IMG/VR virus record: IMGVR_UViG_3300046665_000548
Coordinates: 310,001-374,000 of that record
DNA length: 64,000 bases
Reading direction: 5' to 3' (one strand)
This document shows, one piece after another, positions 45,222-54,920 of this stretch (positions are counted from its first letter, which is position 1; each line of letters starts with the position of its first letter). The notes beneath the pieces were generated by a model. It was given only the letters and a program-made list of their open reading frames with translations. It was not told the origin of the DNA and ran no database searches. The translations under genes were made by a program, and so were the position numbers.

Positions 45222-45970
45222 TGGGTGGAAATGTTGCTTGGACGCTGCGTCTGCCTGACGGCATCGAGCACCGCATGCAGCGGTGGACAAACGTGTTCGG
45301 TGGTATCGACGGGGTGACCTCGACGGACGCCTTCCTCAAGGGTGAGCCGGAAGCGATTCAGCAATCGCTCAAATCGTGGTTGTCTATGAAGGCCGATTGG
45401 GAAGCCAATAGTGGCTCAGGGAAATACCGCGAGCATATGACAAGCGTTTATGCGCCGTATCCGTATGGCCTTCGGCCATCCGAGTACGGGTTCTTCGTCA
45501 CCGACTTTCGCAACTACACGATCATTTCGTGTCAGACCTATACGCGGCTGTTGAGGTTCCAAATCTACGGGCGGTACCTCAATCCAGAAAGCCTCACTCC
45601 AAATGACACCGATACTTACGGTGATCCTCTGTCGGAGAAATACGCGATTCTTCAAGAACTACACCGCCAAGGTCGCATCGAGACCTTCGAAAACGAGGAC
45701 TATGAGGATCAATCGACAAAAGGTTTGTCGCTTCCAGAAATCATCAACTTGGCGATGAAGGAACATCAGTCACACCATCGCAATTCCAAGATTATCGGAT
45801 ACGTCGGCATCAAGCCGGTGGAGCCGTGGCGCATTCTCGACTTCGAAGCATTTTCCGAGGATGGTCGCCGCGCTGCGTTTTCGGCGGTAAAAAACCTGGG
45901 CTTTGGTCTTAGTGAGGCCGAAGAAAAGGATTTCGAACAATGGATCAAGGGTGACGACGATGACGCCTAA
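45221..45970 (+). CDS. Hypothetical protein
   Basis: TGATG coupling; MGG...MQRWTN...P.EYG....DF. Confidence 0.75.
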   Translation: MGGNVAWTLRLPDGIEHRMQRWTNVFGGIDGVTSTDAFLKGEPEAIQQSLKSWLSMKADWEANSGSGKYREHMTSVYAPYPYGLRPSEYGFFVTDFRNYTIISCQTYTRLLRFQIYGRYLNPESLTPNDTDTYGDPLSEKYAILQELHRQGRIETFENEDYEDQSTKGLSLPEIINLAMKEHQSHHRNSKIIGYVGIKPVEPWRILDFEAFSEDGRRAAFSAVKNLGFGLSEAEEKDFEQWIKGDDDDA

Positions 45971-46265
45971 AACTGCGAAAGAAAAACGGCAGTGGGGTGC
46001 GATCCAGCGGCTCATTGCACAAGCTAACGTCGAGCGCCAAAAAGCCGAGGATTGGAGGCTCAAGCCGTGGGATCAGCGCCACGAAAAGGAATATATCGAA
46101 TCGCAAGTCGCCTACTACAACGCCGAGGCGGCGAAGATCATGCAGGAGGTCAACCGACTGACCGTGTTAGTCACGAAGGGTAAACCGAAGCCTATCCGGC
46201 CCTCCGGTAATTACTCGGCCGAGCAATTCCTGAATGACAACGCGGAATTTAACGAGGGGCTGTAA
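45960..46265 (+). CDS. Hypothetical protein
   Basis: Coupled ORF. Confidence 0.6.
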   Translation: MTPKTAKEKRQWGAIQRLIAQANVERQKAEDWRLKPWDQRHEKEYIESQVAYYNAEAAKIMQEVNRLTVLVTKGKPKPIRPSGNYSAEQFLNDNAEFNEGL

Positions 46266-46271
46266 AAACGC

Positions 46272-46299
46272 TTGACGTTTTGTTGATTCGTGGTAGATT
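46272..46299 (+). promoter_or_regulatory. Sigma70-like early promoter
   Basis: TTGACG-N16 (ending TGG)-TAGATT. Confidence 0.65.
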
Positions 46300-46323
46300 G
46301 AGTCTATCAACGGAGACGATCCC

Positions 46324-47418
46324 ATGACCCTCGCTCAGTTCCCGATCTTTGCCGCCGCCCTGACCATCGAAACCAAGTGGAGCAAGCGCGACTATACGAC
46401 CAAGGTCGAGAACGCGATGCGGGTTCTGTCCGACGCCATCGAAGCTGACGGTATCGCGCCGACCATCTACAAGGACGTGGTGAAGGATACGTTCAATCGC
46501 GCCTTTGAGCACGCCTGGGAAGCCATTGTGACCAACGGCTTCGACTATGGCCGCGCTCTGCCCGAAGCCGAGAAGGCCCTCTACTACGACCTGAACCGCC
46601 CCGAGGCCCACACTGTCCAGAGCGGCATCAAGAAGATCGCGAAGGCGAAGCTCGACACCGAGTTCACCCGCACCGTTCTCGCCTTCTTGAACGAGATCGC
46701 CCCGCTCGGCGCGGAAATCGTTTCGCTCCGCAACAAGCTTGTGAAGCGCCAGCCAAAGCCGGTTGAGGACCGCAAGGCCAAGTACGAAGCGCCGCGCGCT
46801 GGTAAGGAAGCCATCTTCGCCGTGAAGGCCACGCTGGTCGAAGTCACCAATGAAGCGCACGCTGAACTGATCGAACGCATCGACGCTGGTCTCAAGAAGC
46901 GCCTCGAAGCGACCCTCAAGCTTGCTGCCGACGTGAAGGCTCTCGCTGGTGACCGTCAGAAGGCTCGTCGCGCCGACGAAGTGCTCCGTCAGTTCGCTGG
47001 TGCGGATTCCTTTGTGTACCAGATCACCGAGCGCAACAATGGTGAATGGTCGGCATCCGCCAACTCGGACAGCCTGATTGCAACTGAGGCGGCAAAGCGC
47101 GCCGACGCCATTCGCGAGCACTTTGTCTACAAGAACCTGGAGAAGATCGATTCGATTCTGGAATCCAAGGGCGATTTCGACGCGATCAAGATCATCGGCC
47201 GCACCGTCTCGTTGGGCGGTCTGGAGGGCTCGTTCCTCCTGACCTTCAAGGATGGCGCACGCTTCGAGATCACCAACTCGGTGGTCTACTCGGTCAGCAA
47301 GCTGGGCAACCCGTTCCTGCGCTTCCCGCTGACCTTCCACAACGTCGTGTTCGGCAACGGCACTCGTATGAAGATGCCGTCCGAAGAGAAGATGAACGCA
47401 GAATTCGTGGGGGCTTGA
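46324..47418 (+). CDS. Hypothetical protein (early, strong codon bias)
   Basis: GGAGA RBS; C-terminal S..G..F..FP..FH.V...G..M..PSE..M. Confidence 0.8.
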   Translation: MTLAQFPIFAAALTIETKWSKRDYTTKVENAMRVLSDAIEADGIAPTIYKDVVKDTFNRAFEHAWEAIVTNGFDYGRALPEAEKALYYDLNRPEAHTVQSGIKKIAKAKLDTEFTRTVLAFLNEIAPLGAEIVSLRNKLVKRQPKPVEDRKAKYEAPRAGKEAIFAVKATLVEVTNEAHAELIERIDAGLKKRLEATLKLAADVKALAGDRQKARRADEVLRQFAGADSFVYQITERNNGEWSASANSDSLIATEAAKRADAIREHFVYKNLEKIDSILESKGDFDAIKIIGRTVSLGGLEGSFLLTFKDGARFEITNSVVYSVSKLGNPFLRFPLTFHNVVFGNGTRMKMPSEEKMNAEFVGA

Positions 47419-47595
47419 ATGTCGGTACTGGCTGAGATTGTTTCAAACTACGACGAAATGCTCGATGATCTCGAAGCACTTCGGGACAGGGTGACCGATC
47501 CCGTTGAACTGGCCATTCTTGATCAAATGATCGTTGACCAGCGGGCGGCGCGCGACCGCTACCACGCCAAGGCAATGCAGAGGATCAATCAATGA
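47419..47595 (+). CDS. Hypothetical protein (58 aa)
   Basis: Fills the gap exactly; ATGA coupling with next gene. Confidence 0.5.
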   Translation: MSVLAEIVSNYDEMLDDLEALRDRVTDPVELAILDQMIVDQRAARDRYHAKAMQRINQ

Positions 47596-47903
47596 GCGTG
47601 GAGAAGATCGAAATTCACGAGTTTGTCGAGGGTCGTCCGAACGGCGACCGGGCCACTCGTATGACGGACTGTTCCACCTTCAAGGTGCAGGTGTTCGGTA
47701 AGGGTAAAGCAAAGCCCTTCACATCGTTCACCTACAATTGCTACGACGGCTTTAGGGTCAGCGTGGAAGATCGCGGTCATGCGCTTAAGGAAGCCGAAGC
47801 TCACGCGAAAGGTCTCGCTGCGGTCGTTGGCTATACCCAGCCGGTGGCGCTCCGCAAGTTCCGTGAGAAGATCGTTAGTCAGAAGAGTTGGGTAGAGGCT
47901 TAA
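47592..47903 (+). CDS. Hypothetical protein
   Basis: Coupled ORF. Confidence 0.65.
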   Translation: MSVEKIEIHEFVEGRPNGDRATRMTDCSTFKVQVFGKGKAKPFTSFTYNCYDGFRVSVEDRGHALKEAEAHAKGLAAVVGYTQPVALRKFREKIVSQKSWVEA

Positions 47904-48075
47904 TGTTCGGGCAGTTTTGGTTCTGGTACAACAATAAATGCTGCCATCTATATGTCGGCGTGACGAAGAACCGTTGGTATCCGTTCACGACTGCCATGCG
48001 CAATGGGTCTTCGAAACCTATCAATTGTGAGTGGTATCGTCGGATTCATTGGGACCCGCCTCGTAGAACCCGAGA

Positions 48076-48786
48076 TTAAATCTTTGACGCGCCTTTACGG
48101 GCAACCATCCCGTTGGCGCGGCAACGCTTGAGGAAGGCGGGCCATGAGTGTTGCCTGCTAATATCCGTGTCCAGTACATCCATTATCAGGTGGACGCGAT
48201 CCTCAGGGCCGTTATTGGCCGCCAGATGCATGACATTGGTGGATACGAAGTAGGCCGAACCATCGGCCGGAAGATGCTTTGAAAACTCTTCGCCGGTTTT
48301 TTCGTCCTTGATCGAAAACACCGCGCCGGGGTTAGTGTAAATCGGTACATGCAGGCGTACCATGTAAATGTCTGCATCGAGATCGCGATGCCATTGCATG
48401 GAGTTGCCAGGGGGCAATTTGGCACATCGAACCCTGCTCTGACGAAGGTTGAGGTCCCAAATGGTCTTCATGACCTCTTCCATATAGCCCTTGCAAAGCT
48501 CTGTGGGGACCCGCTGACCGAATGAGTTCTGGAATCCAGGCTGAGCCTCAAGAATACCAGACTCGGCTTGCTGACGCCTCCCTAGAACGAAACCGTCGCG
48601 CCAATCTCCCGTCGAGGTCCAGACGCCCCATCCTCCCCAGTTTTTTTGGGGTCCGATCATCTTCGGCTCAAGAGGTTTCAGGTATGTGTCGTACCAGTCT
48701 CTCAGTTTGTCGATGTCAAAGCTGAACGGTGCCTTCTCGGCGCAGAGGTCATCTAGCGGGTTATTCATATTGTTCTCTTCTTGCAT
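48076..48786 (-). CDS. 2OG-Fe(II) oxygenase, Asp/Asn beta-hydroxylase-like
   Basis: WHRD...RLHVPIYTNP...H.A.N.G..DRVHLI; TATAAATA upstream. Confidence 0.75.
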   Translation of the reverse strand: MQEENNMNNPLDDLCAEKAPFSFDIDKLRDWYDTYLKPLEPKMIGPQKNWGGWGVWTSTGDWRDGFVLGRRQQAESGILEAQPGFQNSFGQRVPTELCKGYMEEVMKTIWDLNLRQSRVRCAKLPPGNSMQWHRDLDADIYMVRLHVPIYTNPGAVFSIKDEKTGEEFSKHLPADGSAYFVSTNVMHLAANNGPEDRVHLIMDVLDTDISRQHSWPAFLKRCRANGMVARKGASKI

Positions 48787-48808
48787 CGTCCGTATTTATA
48801 TCGGGTGT

Positions 48809-49228
48809 TTAGTCCCAATATCTCTCTGCTGAAACGCCATAAGCGATTTCGAACAGCTTGGCTTTTTCTGGTTTGAGCTTGACGATGTTGGCCATGAAGC
48901 GAAGTTCTTTGGCCTTTTGGTCTGCATCTTTCTGATCGTAAGGCACAAGCTTGGCAGGAAGATCGGGAGCTTGTTCTTGAAGCTTCTTGCATTCCGGACA
49001 CCACTGATGTGGTTCTCGCATTAACTTGCGAGCGCGGCGTTGATTGCTCTCATTCGCAAACGTTCCGTGATCGGTGCAAAAGATTGTCCATTTGCCTTCT
49101 GTGATATCGAAACCGGCTTCCTCTCCGGAATAGAGAACCACGCTTCTATTTGTATTGGGGTTTGTTCGTGCCACGACGAATCCTTGTTCGTCGGCGCGCG
49201 AGACAGATGTACGGCTTTTCTTCGCCAC
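48809..49228 (-). CDS. Hypothetical protein (possible Zn-binding)
   Basis: CTDHG...WCPEC; GAGGAG RBS. Confidence 0.65.
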   Translation of the reverse strand: MAKKSRTSVSRADEQGFVVARTNPNTNRSVVLYSGEEAGFDITEGKWTIFCTDHGTFANESNQRRARKLMREPHQWCPECKKLQEQAPDLPAKLVPYDQKDADQKAKELRFMANIVKLKPEKAKLFEIAYGVSAERYWD

Positions 49229-49340
49229 TATCCTCTCCTCTGCTAGCGCAATATTTATCGCCTAAATCACAGTAGAAAGCCGGTTATTATGGCGTCTAAA
49301 AGTACGCAGATAAATACTGAACGCTCACAAGGAGAATAAG

Positions 49341-49655
49341 ATGCGCGGAAGATCAATGCGTGGTGTGGAAGTAGACTTCGCCCAACATCTCGCTGAAAAC
49401 GGAAATATGGTTGCGGTAGGAAACGCACGCATGAATGCGCGCGGCGACCTCCTCGGTCCAGGCGGTAAGGTCATCAAGACCCGTGCCGATATTGCTGCTG
49501 AATATCACAACAAGAGTAAGCAGGCAGTCAAGCACGTGGCTATTTCGAAGCTGGAAGATGAAGTATTCCAGACACCGGCTGAGGCGATGAAGCAGCTTGC
49601 TGATCAGAAGAAAGCTCCGCCGACGAAGCGCAAGATTAGTGACGACGAAGAGTAA
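49341..49655 (+). CDS. Hypothetical late protein
   Basis: RSMRG..VD...AVGNARMNARGD.LGPGG.VIK; TAAATA 49311, AAGGAG RBS. Confidence 0.75.
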   Translation: MRGRSMRGVEVDFAQHLAENGNMVAVGNARMNARGDLLGPGGKVIKTRADIAAEYHNKSKQAVKHVAISKLEDEVFQTPAEAMKQLADQKKAPPTKRKISDDEE

Positions 49656-49898
49656 TTCTTCTACCTATATGTTTGCTTGGGCCGTTATTGTCGTGAGGTC
49701 CGGCAAATTGAGTTAAGCGTCTAGGGATACTCCGGATATGTGGTCGTTTCGAGGACCAGTAGCGGACAACCCTGGAGTCTAAGCTAAAACCTAGATGCTC
49801 GCTCTGACCCACTGGTTTCGACCGGTGGGTTTTTCTTTGGAATATTGAACTGTCTGCATCCGAGAATGTACAGTCCGGTATTACTTTGGAGATTATTA

Positions 49899-50243
49899 AT
49901 GGCTATTAACGCAGCTACTTTCCGTCCACTTCGTGATCAAGTTTTCGTTTCAGACCTCGAAAATGGCATCTCGGTCACCCTTGGTGGTCTCATCATTCCT
50001 GACGACAATCGCACCAATCGCGGCATTCATGCTCGTTGGGGCCGCGTCTACGCTAAAGGACCAGATGCAGAAGGCGTCGATATTGGCGAGTGGGTCCTGA
50101 TCGAACACGGTCGTTGGACCAATGGCATCGATTTCGAAGAGAACGGCGAGCCGATGAAGCTTTGGAGGATCGATTGGCCGGATGCGGTGATGATGGCTTG
50201 CGATCAGAACCCCAGCGGACGAGTTGCCCTGAAGTTCGACTGA
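49899..50243 (+). CDS. groES: GroES-like co-chaperonin
   Basis: FRPLRDQVFV...TLGGLIIPD...GRVYAKGP....V.IGEWVL. Confidence 0.8.
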   Translation: MAINAATFRPLRDQVFVSDLENGISVTLGGLIIPDDNRTNRGIHARWGRVYAKGPDAEGVDIGEWVLIEHGRWTNGIDFEENGEPMKLWRIDWPDAVMMACDQNPSGRVALKFD

Positions 50244-50310
50244 CGAATCTTATGGAGGCAATTGCCTCCGTTTGTTACGTTCGATCATTGCATTTTGACG
50301 GATTGGTTTG

Positions 50311-51249
50311 ATGGCTGTTTCTTTGTGGACTGAAAAATATCGTCCGAAAACTTTGGATGAGTATGTTTGGCGCGACGCCCAACAGCGCAAGAAAGTGGAA
50401 GAGTGGATCGCAGATGGCGCTCTACCTCATCTAATGCTTTCTGGAGGCCCTGGCACGGGAAAGACCAGCCTTGCATGGCTGATGCTCTTGATGCTGGGTA
50501 TCCCGAAGGGAGACATCCTTTTCATTCCTGCTTCTCGTGAACGCAAGATCGAAGACATTCAGTCGAAGATCATCAACTTCGTAGGTACATGGGCTCTTGG
50601 TCCAACCGGGATCAAGTACGTCCTGCTTGACGAGGCCGACGCGATCTCACCGCTGGCGCAGAAGATGCTTCGCACTGAAATGGAGACTTACTCGGATGTA
50701 TGTAGGTTCGTTATGACCTGCAACTATCCGGAGAAGATCATTCCTGCTGTCAAGAGCCGCTGTCAGGGTTTCCATTTCGAAGCTCTGGATCAAGAGCAGT
50801 TCCTGTCTAGGCTAATGCACGTTCTCACAAACGAGGGCGTTCAGTTTGACGACGACGGGCTGATGAAGCTGTTTAGCGCTACTTTCCCTGATATGCGCAA
50901 ATGTCTTGGATTGGCGCAGGAACGCACTGTGGGTGGTGTATTGAGCGCTCCGGACATGGACGCACTTACTGGCACGCAAGACTATCTGATTGAGATGGCC
51001 AATCTGTTCAAGACGGGACGTTATCTTGACGCTCGGAAGCTGATTACCTCTCAGGCTCAAGTTGAAGAGTACGTGGACATCTATCGATATTTCTATCGCA
51101 ACCTTGATCTGTGGGGCGATACGGAAGATCAGAAAGATCAGGCATTGCTCACCATTCGTAAGAGCCTCGTGAACCATTCATTGGTAGCTGACCCAGAGAT
51201 CAATCTCGCGGCTTGCTGCGTTGAATTGGCTCATATCGCTAAGATTTAA
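50311..51249 (+). CDS. Clamp loader AAA+ subunit (T4 gp44/RFC-small-like)
   Basis: LWTEKYRPKTL, Walker A GGPGTGKT, Walker B LLDEAD, KSRC. Confidence 0.9.
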   Translation: MAVSLWTEKYRPKTLDEYVWRDAQQRKKVEEWIADGALPHLMLSGGPGTGKTSLAWLMLLMLGIPKGDILFIPASRERKIEDIQSKIINFVGTWALGPTGIKYVLLDEADAISPLAQKMLRTEMETYSDVCRFVMTCNYPEKIIPAVKSRCQGFHFEALDQEQFLSRLMHVLTNEGVQFDDDGLMKLFSATFPDMRKCLGLAQERTVGGVLSAPDMDALTGTQDYLIEMANLFKTGRYLDARKLITSQAQVEEYVDIYRYFYRNLDLWGDTEDQKDQALLTIRKSLVNHSLVADPEINLAACCVELAHIAKI

Positions 51250-51272
51250 TTTTAATACCATAAGGAAATACT

Positions 51273-51740
51273 ATGAGTGATCGTTTGAGAAATTTGAGGA
51301 ACCGTCCGTTCCTAATCGTCAATACATACTTCCGTCCCGCAACGACCAAGAACTCTTTTGGTAACACCCCGACTCACAAGAAGGGTTGGATGGACGAGAC
51401 CGGTAATACTGCAATGTTCGAGCGCGCATGGGTTGCCGACCGCATTCCCAGCAAGGTCATGCGTGAAGCCACTGTGATCATCGACATCATGCAAAGCGCT
51501 GCCATCAAGAACGGTTACGACAATGGCGACGCTGCCAATTCTGTTAGCGATGAACAGCTTGTTGAGCATTTCCTCGGCAAGTACATGGAAAAGTGCAAGG
51601 AAGGTTTGGACCTTTGGCTTTCGCGTCAGGCAAAGACGTTTGCTCAGTCGAAGGAATACCTCGAACTGAAGGACAAGGCTGACGCTCGGAAGGCAGAAGT
51701 CGAAGCAGAAAAGTCGGCAGCCGAGACCACGGAAGACTAA
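51273..51740 (+). CDS. Hypothetical protein
   Basis: AAGGA RBS. Confidence 0.75.
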   Translation: MSDRLRNLRNRPFLIVNTYFRPATTKNSFGNTPTHKKGWMDETGNTAMFERAWVADRIPSKVMREATVIIDIMQSAAIKNGYDNGDAANSVSDEQLVEHFLGKYMEKCKEGLDLWLSRQAKTFAQSKEYLELKDKADARKAEVEAEKSAAETTED

Positions 51741-51741
51741 G

Positions 51742-52314
51742 TTGAAACTCATCCTTACAGACGTTGACGAGACGGTTCTCAAATACGCTGATCCCTTTCA
51801 GGATTGGTGTGAAATGAAGGGCTATTCCATGAACGGAAGATTGCGTGACATGCATGACATATGCGCTCTCCTCGATGTGGACGCGAAGACGGCGGATGAG
51901 ATCATTCGGGAGTTCTCTGAATCGGGTGCTCTTGATACGCAGCCACCGGAAGATTGTGCCTTGGAGGTCCTTCCGCAGCTTTACCAGAAGGGATTTCGCT
52001 TCGTCGCCATCACGGCGTGCGGCAACGATCCGATCTTTCGGTTGAAGCGCCGTAGGTGTTTGGAGAATACTTTTGGTTTCGCCTGGGAGGATGTGCACAC
52101 CATCGGCCTAGGTGATTCCAAGGGTCCGCTATTATCCATGTATCCGCCATCTGTGTGGGTAGAGGATCATTTCATCCATTCGGTGCGCGGCGCAGAAATA
52201 GGCCACAAAACATTTTTGCTTACGCGTGAATACAATCAAGGGCGTAAACACCCGAAGGTAAACCGCGTCGTTTCATGGTTTGATATTTACGATTCGCTTG
52301 TCGGAGACGATTGA
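51742..52314 (+). CDS. HAD-family 5'(3')-deoxyribonucleotidase-like protein
   Basis: ILTDVDETV, AITA, K, WVED, YN motifs. Confidence 0.75.
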   Translation: MKLILTDVDETVLKYADPFQDWCEMKGYSMNGRLRDMHDICALLDVDAKTADEIIREFSESGALDTQPPEDCALEVLPQLYQKGFRFVAITACGNDPIFRLKRRRCLENTFGFAWEDVHTIGLGDSKGPLLSMYPPSVWVEDHFIHSVRGAEIGHKTFLLTREYNQGRKHPKVNRVVSWFDIYDSLVGDD

Positions 52315-52580
52315 TGTTTATGGAATACATCCCGGAGAAGCACACCCCAGCGCATTGGGTTGTGTGCTTCGCTGTTGAGGATCGACCGCAGCTTTTTGAA
52401 AAAGGAAATGCGGGTATTGAGTTCGTTGTCCCGGTGAGCGTTTGGTTAAAGAACCAAGCCGCTAATTCATCCTTCAAGATTTTTGGGACTGATTGGGCTC
52501 GCAAGGAAACTCAGGTTCAGATCACTTTCTATAAGAAAACTGAAGCCGAGCATTTCTTGGCCCGTTTCTATCATGGCTGA
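52314..52580 (+). CDS. Hypothetical protein
   Basis: Coupled ORF; C-terminus weakly like the 'FKLRWG' family. Confidence 0.55.
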   Translation: MFMEYIPEKHTPAHWVVCFAVEDRPQLFEKGNAGIEFVVPVSVWLKNQAANSSFKIFGTDWARKETQVQITFYKKTEAEHFLARFYHG

Positions 52581-53082
52581 TACGAGCGATAGGTTATTCT
52601 TTGCTCGTGACTTCAGACCAAGGCGAGTCAACGCGGAATGGATTCCGGGCGCTCGTTGTTGGTTCTTGGTTGCACAGAGCTTGGAAGAAGCTGAAGAGGC
52701 TATGGAACTGTTTCGGACTGCCGAGATGGATCGCGAATGCAAGATCAATGGCTGGAATCGTTACGACGAACGCAGATGCATGAGTGACAAGAAGATAGCA
52801 GAGATTCTGAACAAACCGTCTATGCTTGTCGATCCTCATGAATGTGCAGCTTGGGTAAGTCGCGTCGAAGGTCAGCAGATGATCTACGACGAAGAGCACA
52901 ACATCTGGACTTATGTTTTGCCAGATGAGGATGGAAATGCACATCTTATAAACCCGTTGTCCATGGGTTATGGGCACGACGCGATGTTCGTCACAGAAAT
53001 CAGCGTTGAAAATGGATTTCGACAAGAAGAAATTGATATAGGCTGGAAGAGAGCCTTGTATTCGAGGTTGAGTGCTGAATGA
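52573..53082 (+). CDS. Hypothetical protein
   Basis: Overlap-coupled ORF. Confidence 0.65.
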   Translation: MADTSDRLFFARDFRPRRVNAEWIPGARCWFLVAQSLEEAEEAMELFRTAEMDRECKINGWNRYDERRCMSDKKIAEILNKPSMLVDPHECAAWVSRVEGQQMIYDEEHNIWTYVLPDEDGNAHLINPLSMGYGHDAMFVTEISVENGFRQEEIDIGWKRALYSRLSAE

Positions 53083-53738
53083 GTTACGGTAAGTTGACTG
53101 TGGTTTGCGGACCCATGTATGCGGGCAAGACTACGGAGATGTTAAAACGCGTTCTTTGGGCGCGTAATGGCATGAAGCGCCAAGTAGTTGTTCTCAAGCC
53201 TGCTTTCGATAATCGATATGCAGAGACCGAGATTGTTTCCCATGATGGTCTCCGCGCAACGGCCGAGAGTATCACCGAGCTTCCGGATGGTGTTCTTGAT
53301 TCCGGATCGCTAATCGTGCTGGATGAAATACAATTCTTCAATGAGCCGTACGTGTCAGGTGATGTAGTTGCCTGGGTACAAGACCAACTGAGCGAAGGCG
53401 TTGATATCGTCGCTGGTGGACTTGATATGGATTGGAGAGGTGATCCTTTTGAGGTCACTGCGCTGCTGACGGCGATGGCCGATGAGGTCATTAAGGTCAC
53501 TGCCAACTGTACCGTGTGCGGTCGTGCTGCTCGGAAGACCTGGAAGAAGTTTGAACCTCTGGTTGGGAGCGATTATGAGGATATCGACCTGTCTGGCATG
53601 TCAGAAGAAGACATGGCTAGGACCCTGACCGCTGCGACCGAAAGGAAGTTGGCGAACGAGGTTGAGCTTGGAGCCCAAGACAAGTATGAAGCTCGTTGTA
53701 ACGAGCACTGGGTCTTCCTAGAGGCCGATGAAGACTGA
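53079..53738 (+). CDS. tdk: Thymidine kinase (type II)
   Basis: GPMYAGKT, DNRY, SHDG, LDEIQF, GLDMDWRG.PF, C..CG, YEARC. Confidence 0.92.
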   Translation: MSYGKLTVVCGPMYAGKTTEMLKRVLWARNGMKRQVVVLKPAFDNRYAETEIVSHDGLRATAESITELPDGVLDSGSLIVLDEIQFFNEPYVSGDVVAWVQDQLSEGVDIVAGGLDMDWRGDPFEVTALLTAMADEVIKVTANCTVCGRAARKTWKKFEPLVGSDYEDIDLSGMSEEDMARTLTAATERKLANEVELGAQDKYEARCNEHWVFLEADED

Positions 53739-53748
53739 ACATTAGGAC

Positions 53749-53776
53749 TTGACCAATATTAATTCCATGGTAGTTT
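53749..53776 (+). promoter_or_regulatory. Sigma70-like early promoter
   Basis: TTGACC-N16 (ending TGG)-TAGTTT. Confidence 0.55.
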
Positions 53777-54130
53777 TAGTCATTAGACCAGAAACGAAAG
53801 ATTCAATGGTGGGTGACGATATTCCGCTATGGAAACAGGCAAATATTAGGGAGGAGATGGGGCTTAACGAGCCGCCAATCGCGTTGGTGGTCGCAGGGGC
53901 AGTCGTCGTCCTTGGCGTTATGGCCCTTATGTGGTTGTTTGGGCTGTGGTAACACGCCCACGCCCTATACCGTACCTCAAAATCAAGGCGGAGATCGCAC
54001 AACTCGAAAGCCGGTTACGTGAGCTTCGGTCTGGTCCGATGGTCAAGCCAAAACCCCGCAAAGTAGTCAGTCGTTATCGCCGCAGAAGATGGCGTGGTTG
54101 ATATCGCACCGTCGCACTCAGGAGGATAAA

Positions 54131-54307
54131 ATGCCCAAATACGTTCTCGCCGCGCTGACCGTTTTGTGTTTCTCTCCGCTCATTGTTCTGCCCCAGGTTA
54201 CGCGTAAGACCGAAGCGCCACTCGTCTCCCCGATGGGCAAAGTATCGGTCGATACTCTGTACGAAGACATGGCGGACAATCTGCGTCACGCCCGTAGCCG
54301 CCACTAA
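54131..54307 (+). CDS. Small membrane/secreted protein
   Basis: AGGAGG RBS; hydrophobic N-terminus. Confidence 0.55.
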   Translation: MPKYVLAALTVLCFSPLIVLPQVTRKTEAPLVSPMGKVSVDTLYEDMADNLRHARSRH

Positions 54308-54325
54308 GGCAGAATTGGGGTTAAG

Positions 54326-54862
54326 ATGACCGTCGAGCAGAAGCGCATTCTCAGGCGCATACTTACCATTCCGTTTTCCATTATCATCATCTTCATCGTT
54401 CTGCTGGACGATTTTTTCCGTTCGTGGGTCGTGCCGTTTGCGCGTTGGATCGGCGGCCTTAGCCCGTTCCTCTGGCTACAAGGGAAGATTGCGAACTGGA
54501 ACCCTTACGCGATCCTGATCTTGTTTCTTGTTCCATTCTTGGTTCTGGAGCCGCTAAAGCTCTTCGCGCTTTATCTCATGTCGATGCATTTCGTGACGGG
54601 CGTACTGTTGTTCGCGAGTGCGAAGATTCTCGGGATCATTATCGCGGATCGCATCTTCGCGGTCAGCAAAGACAAGCTGATGACCATCGGTTGGTTCAAG
54701 TCGGGATATGATCGATGGGTGGGAATGAAGGAATGGGTCTACGCGTACCTCAGAGGCACGCCAGTGTATCCGCTGGCCAAAGCCATAGCTTCTCGTGTCA
54801 AGGCCGCCTACGGGGCTGCTAAAGGGCTTGTACGGGCTTTCTGGAGCCGGGCCGGGGCTTGA
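54326..54862 (+). CDS. Membrane protein
   Basis: Several TM segments; PY..L.LF.VP...LEPLK...K.KL.TI.WF. Confidence 0.75.
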   Translation: MTVEQKRILRRILTIPFSIIIIFIVLLDDFFRSWVVPFARWIGGLSPFLWLQGKIANWNPYAILILFLVPFLVLEPLKLFALYLMSMHFVTGVLLFASAKILGIIIADRIFAVSKDKLMTIGWFKSGYDRWVGMKEWVYAYLRGTPVYPLAKAIASRVKAAYGAAKGLVRAFWSRAGA

Positions 54863-54920
54863 CGCGAAACAGCCCCCCCGTTGCGGGAGGGCTGTTCGGT
54901 GCGGCAGCAATGGGGTTAGA

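Noticed and set aside
46249-47340. 363-aa antisense ORF
   Set aside because: Shadow of 46324..47418, which has a promoter and RBS.
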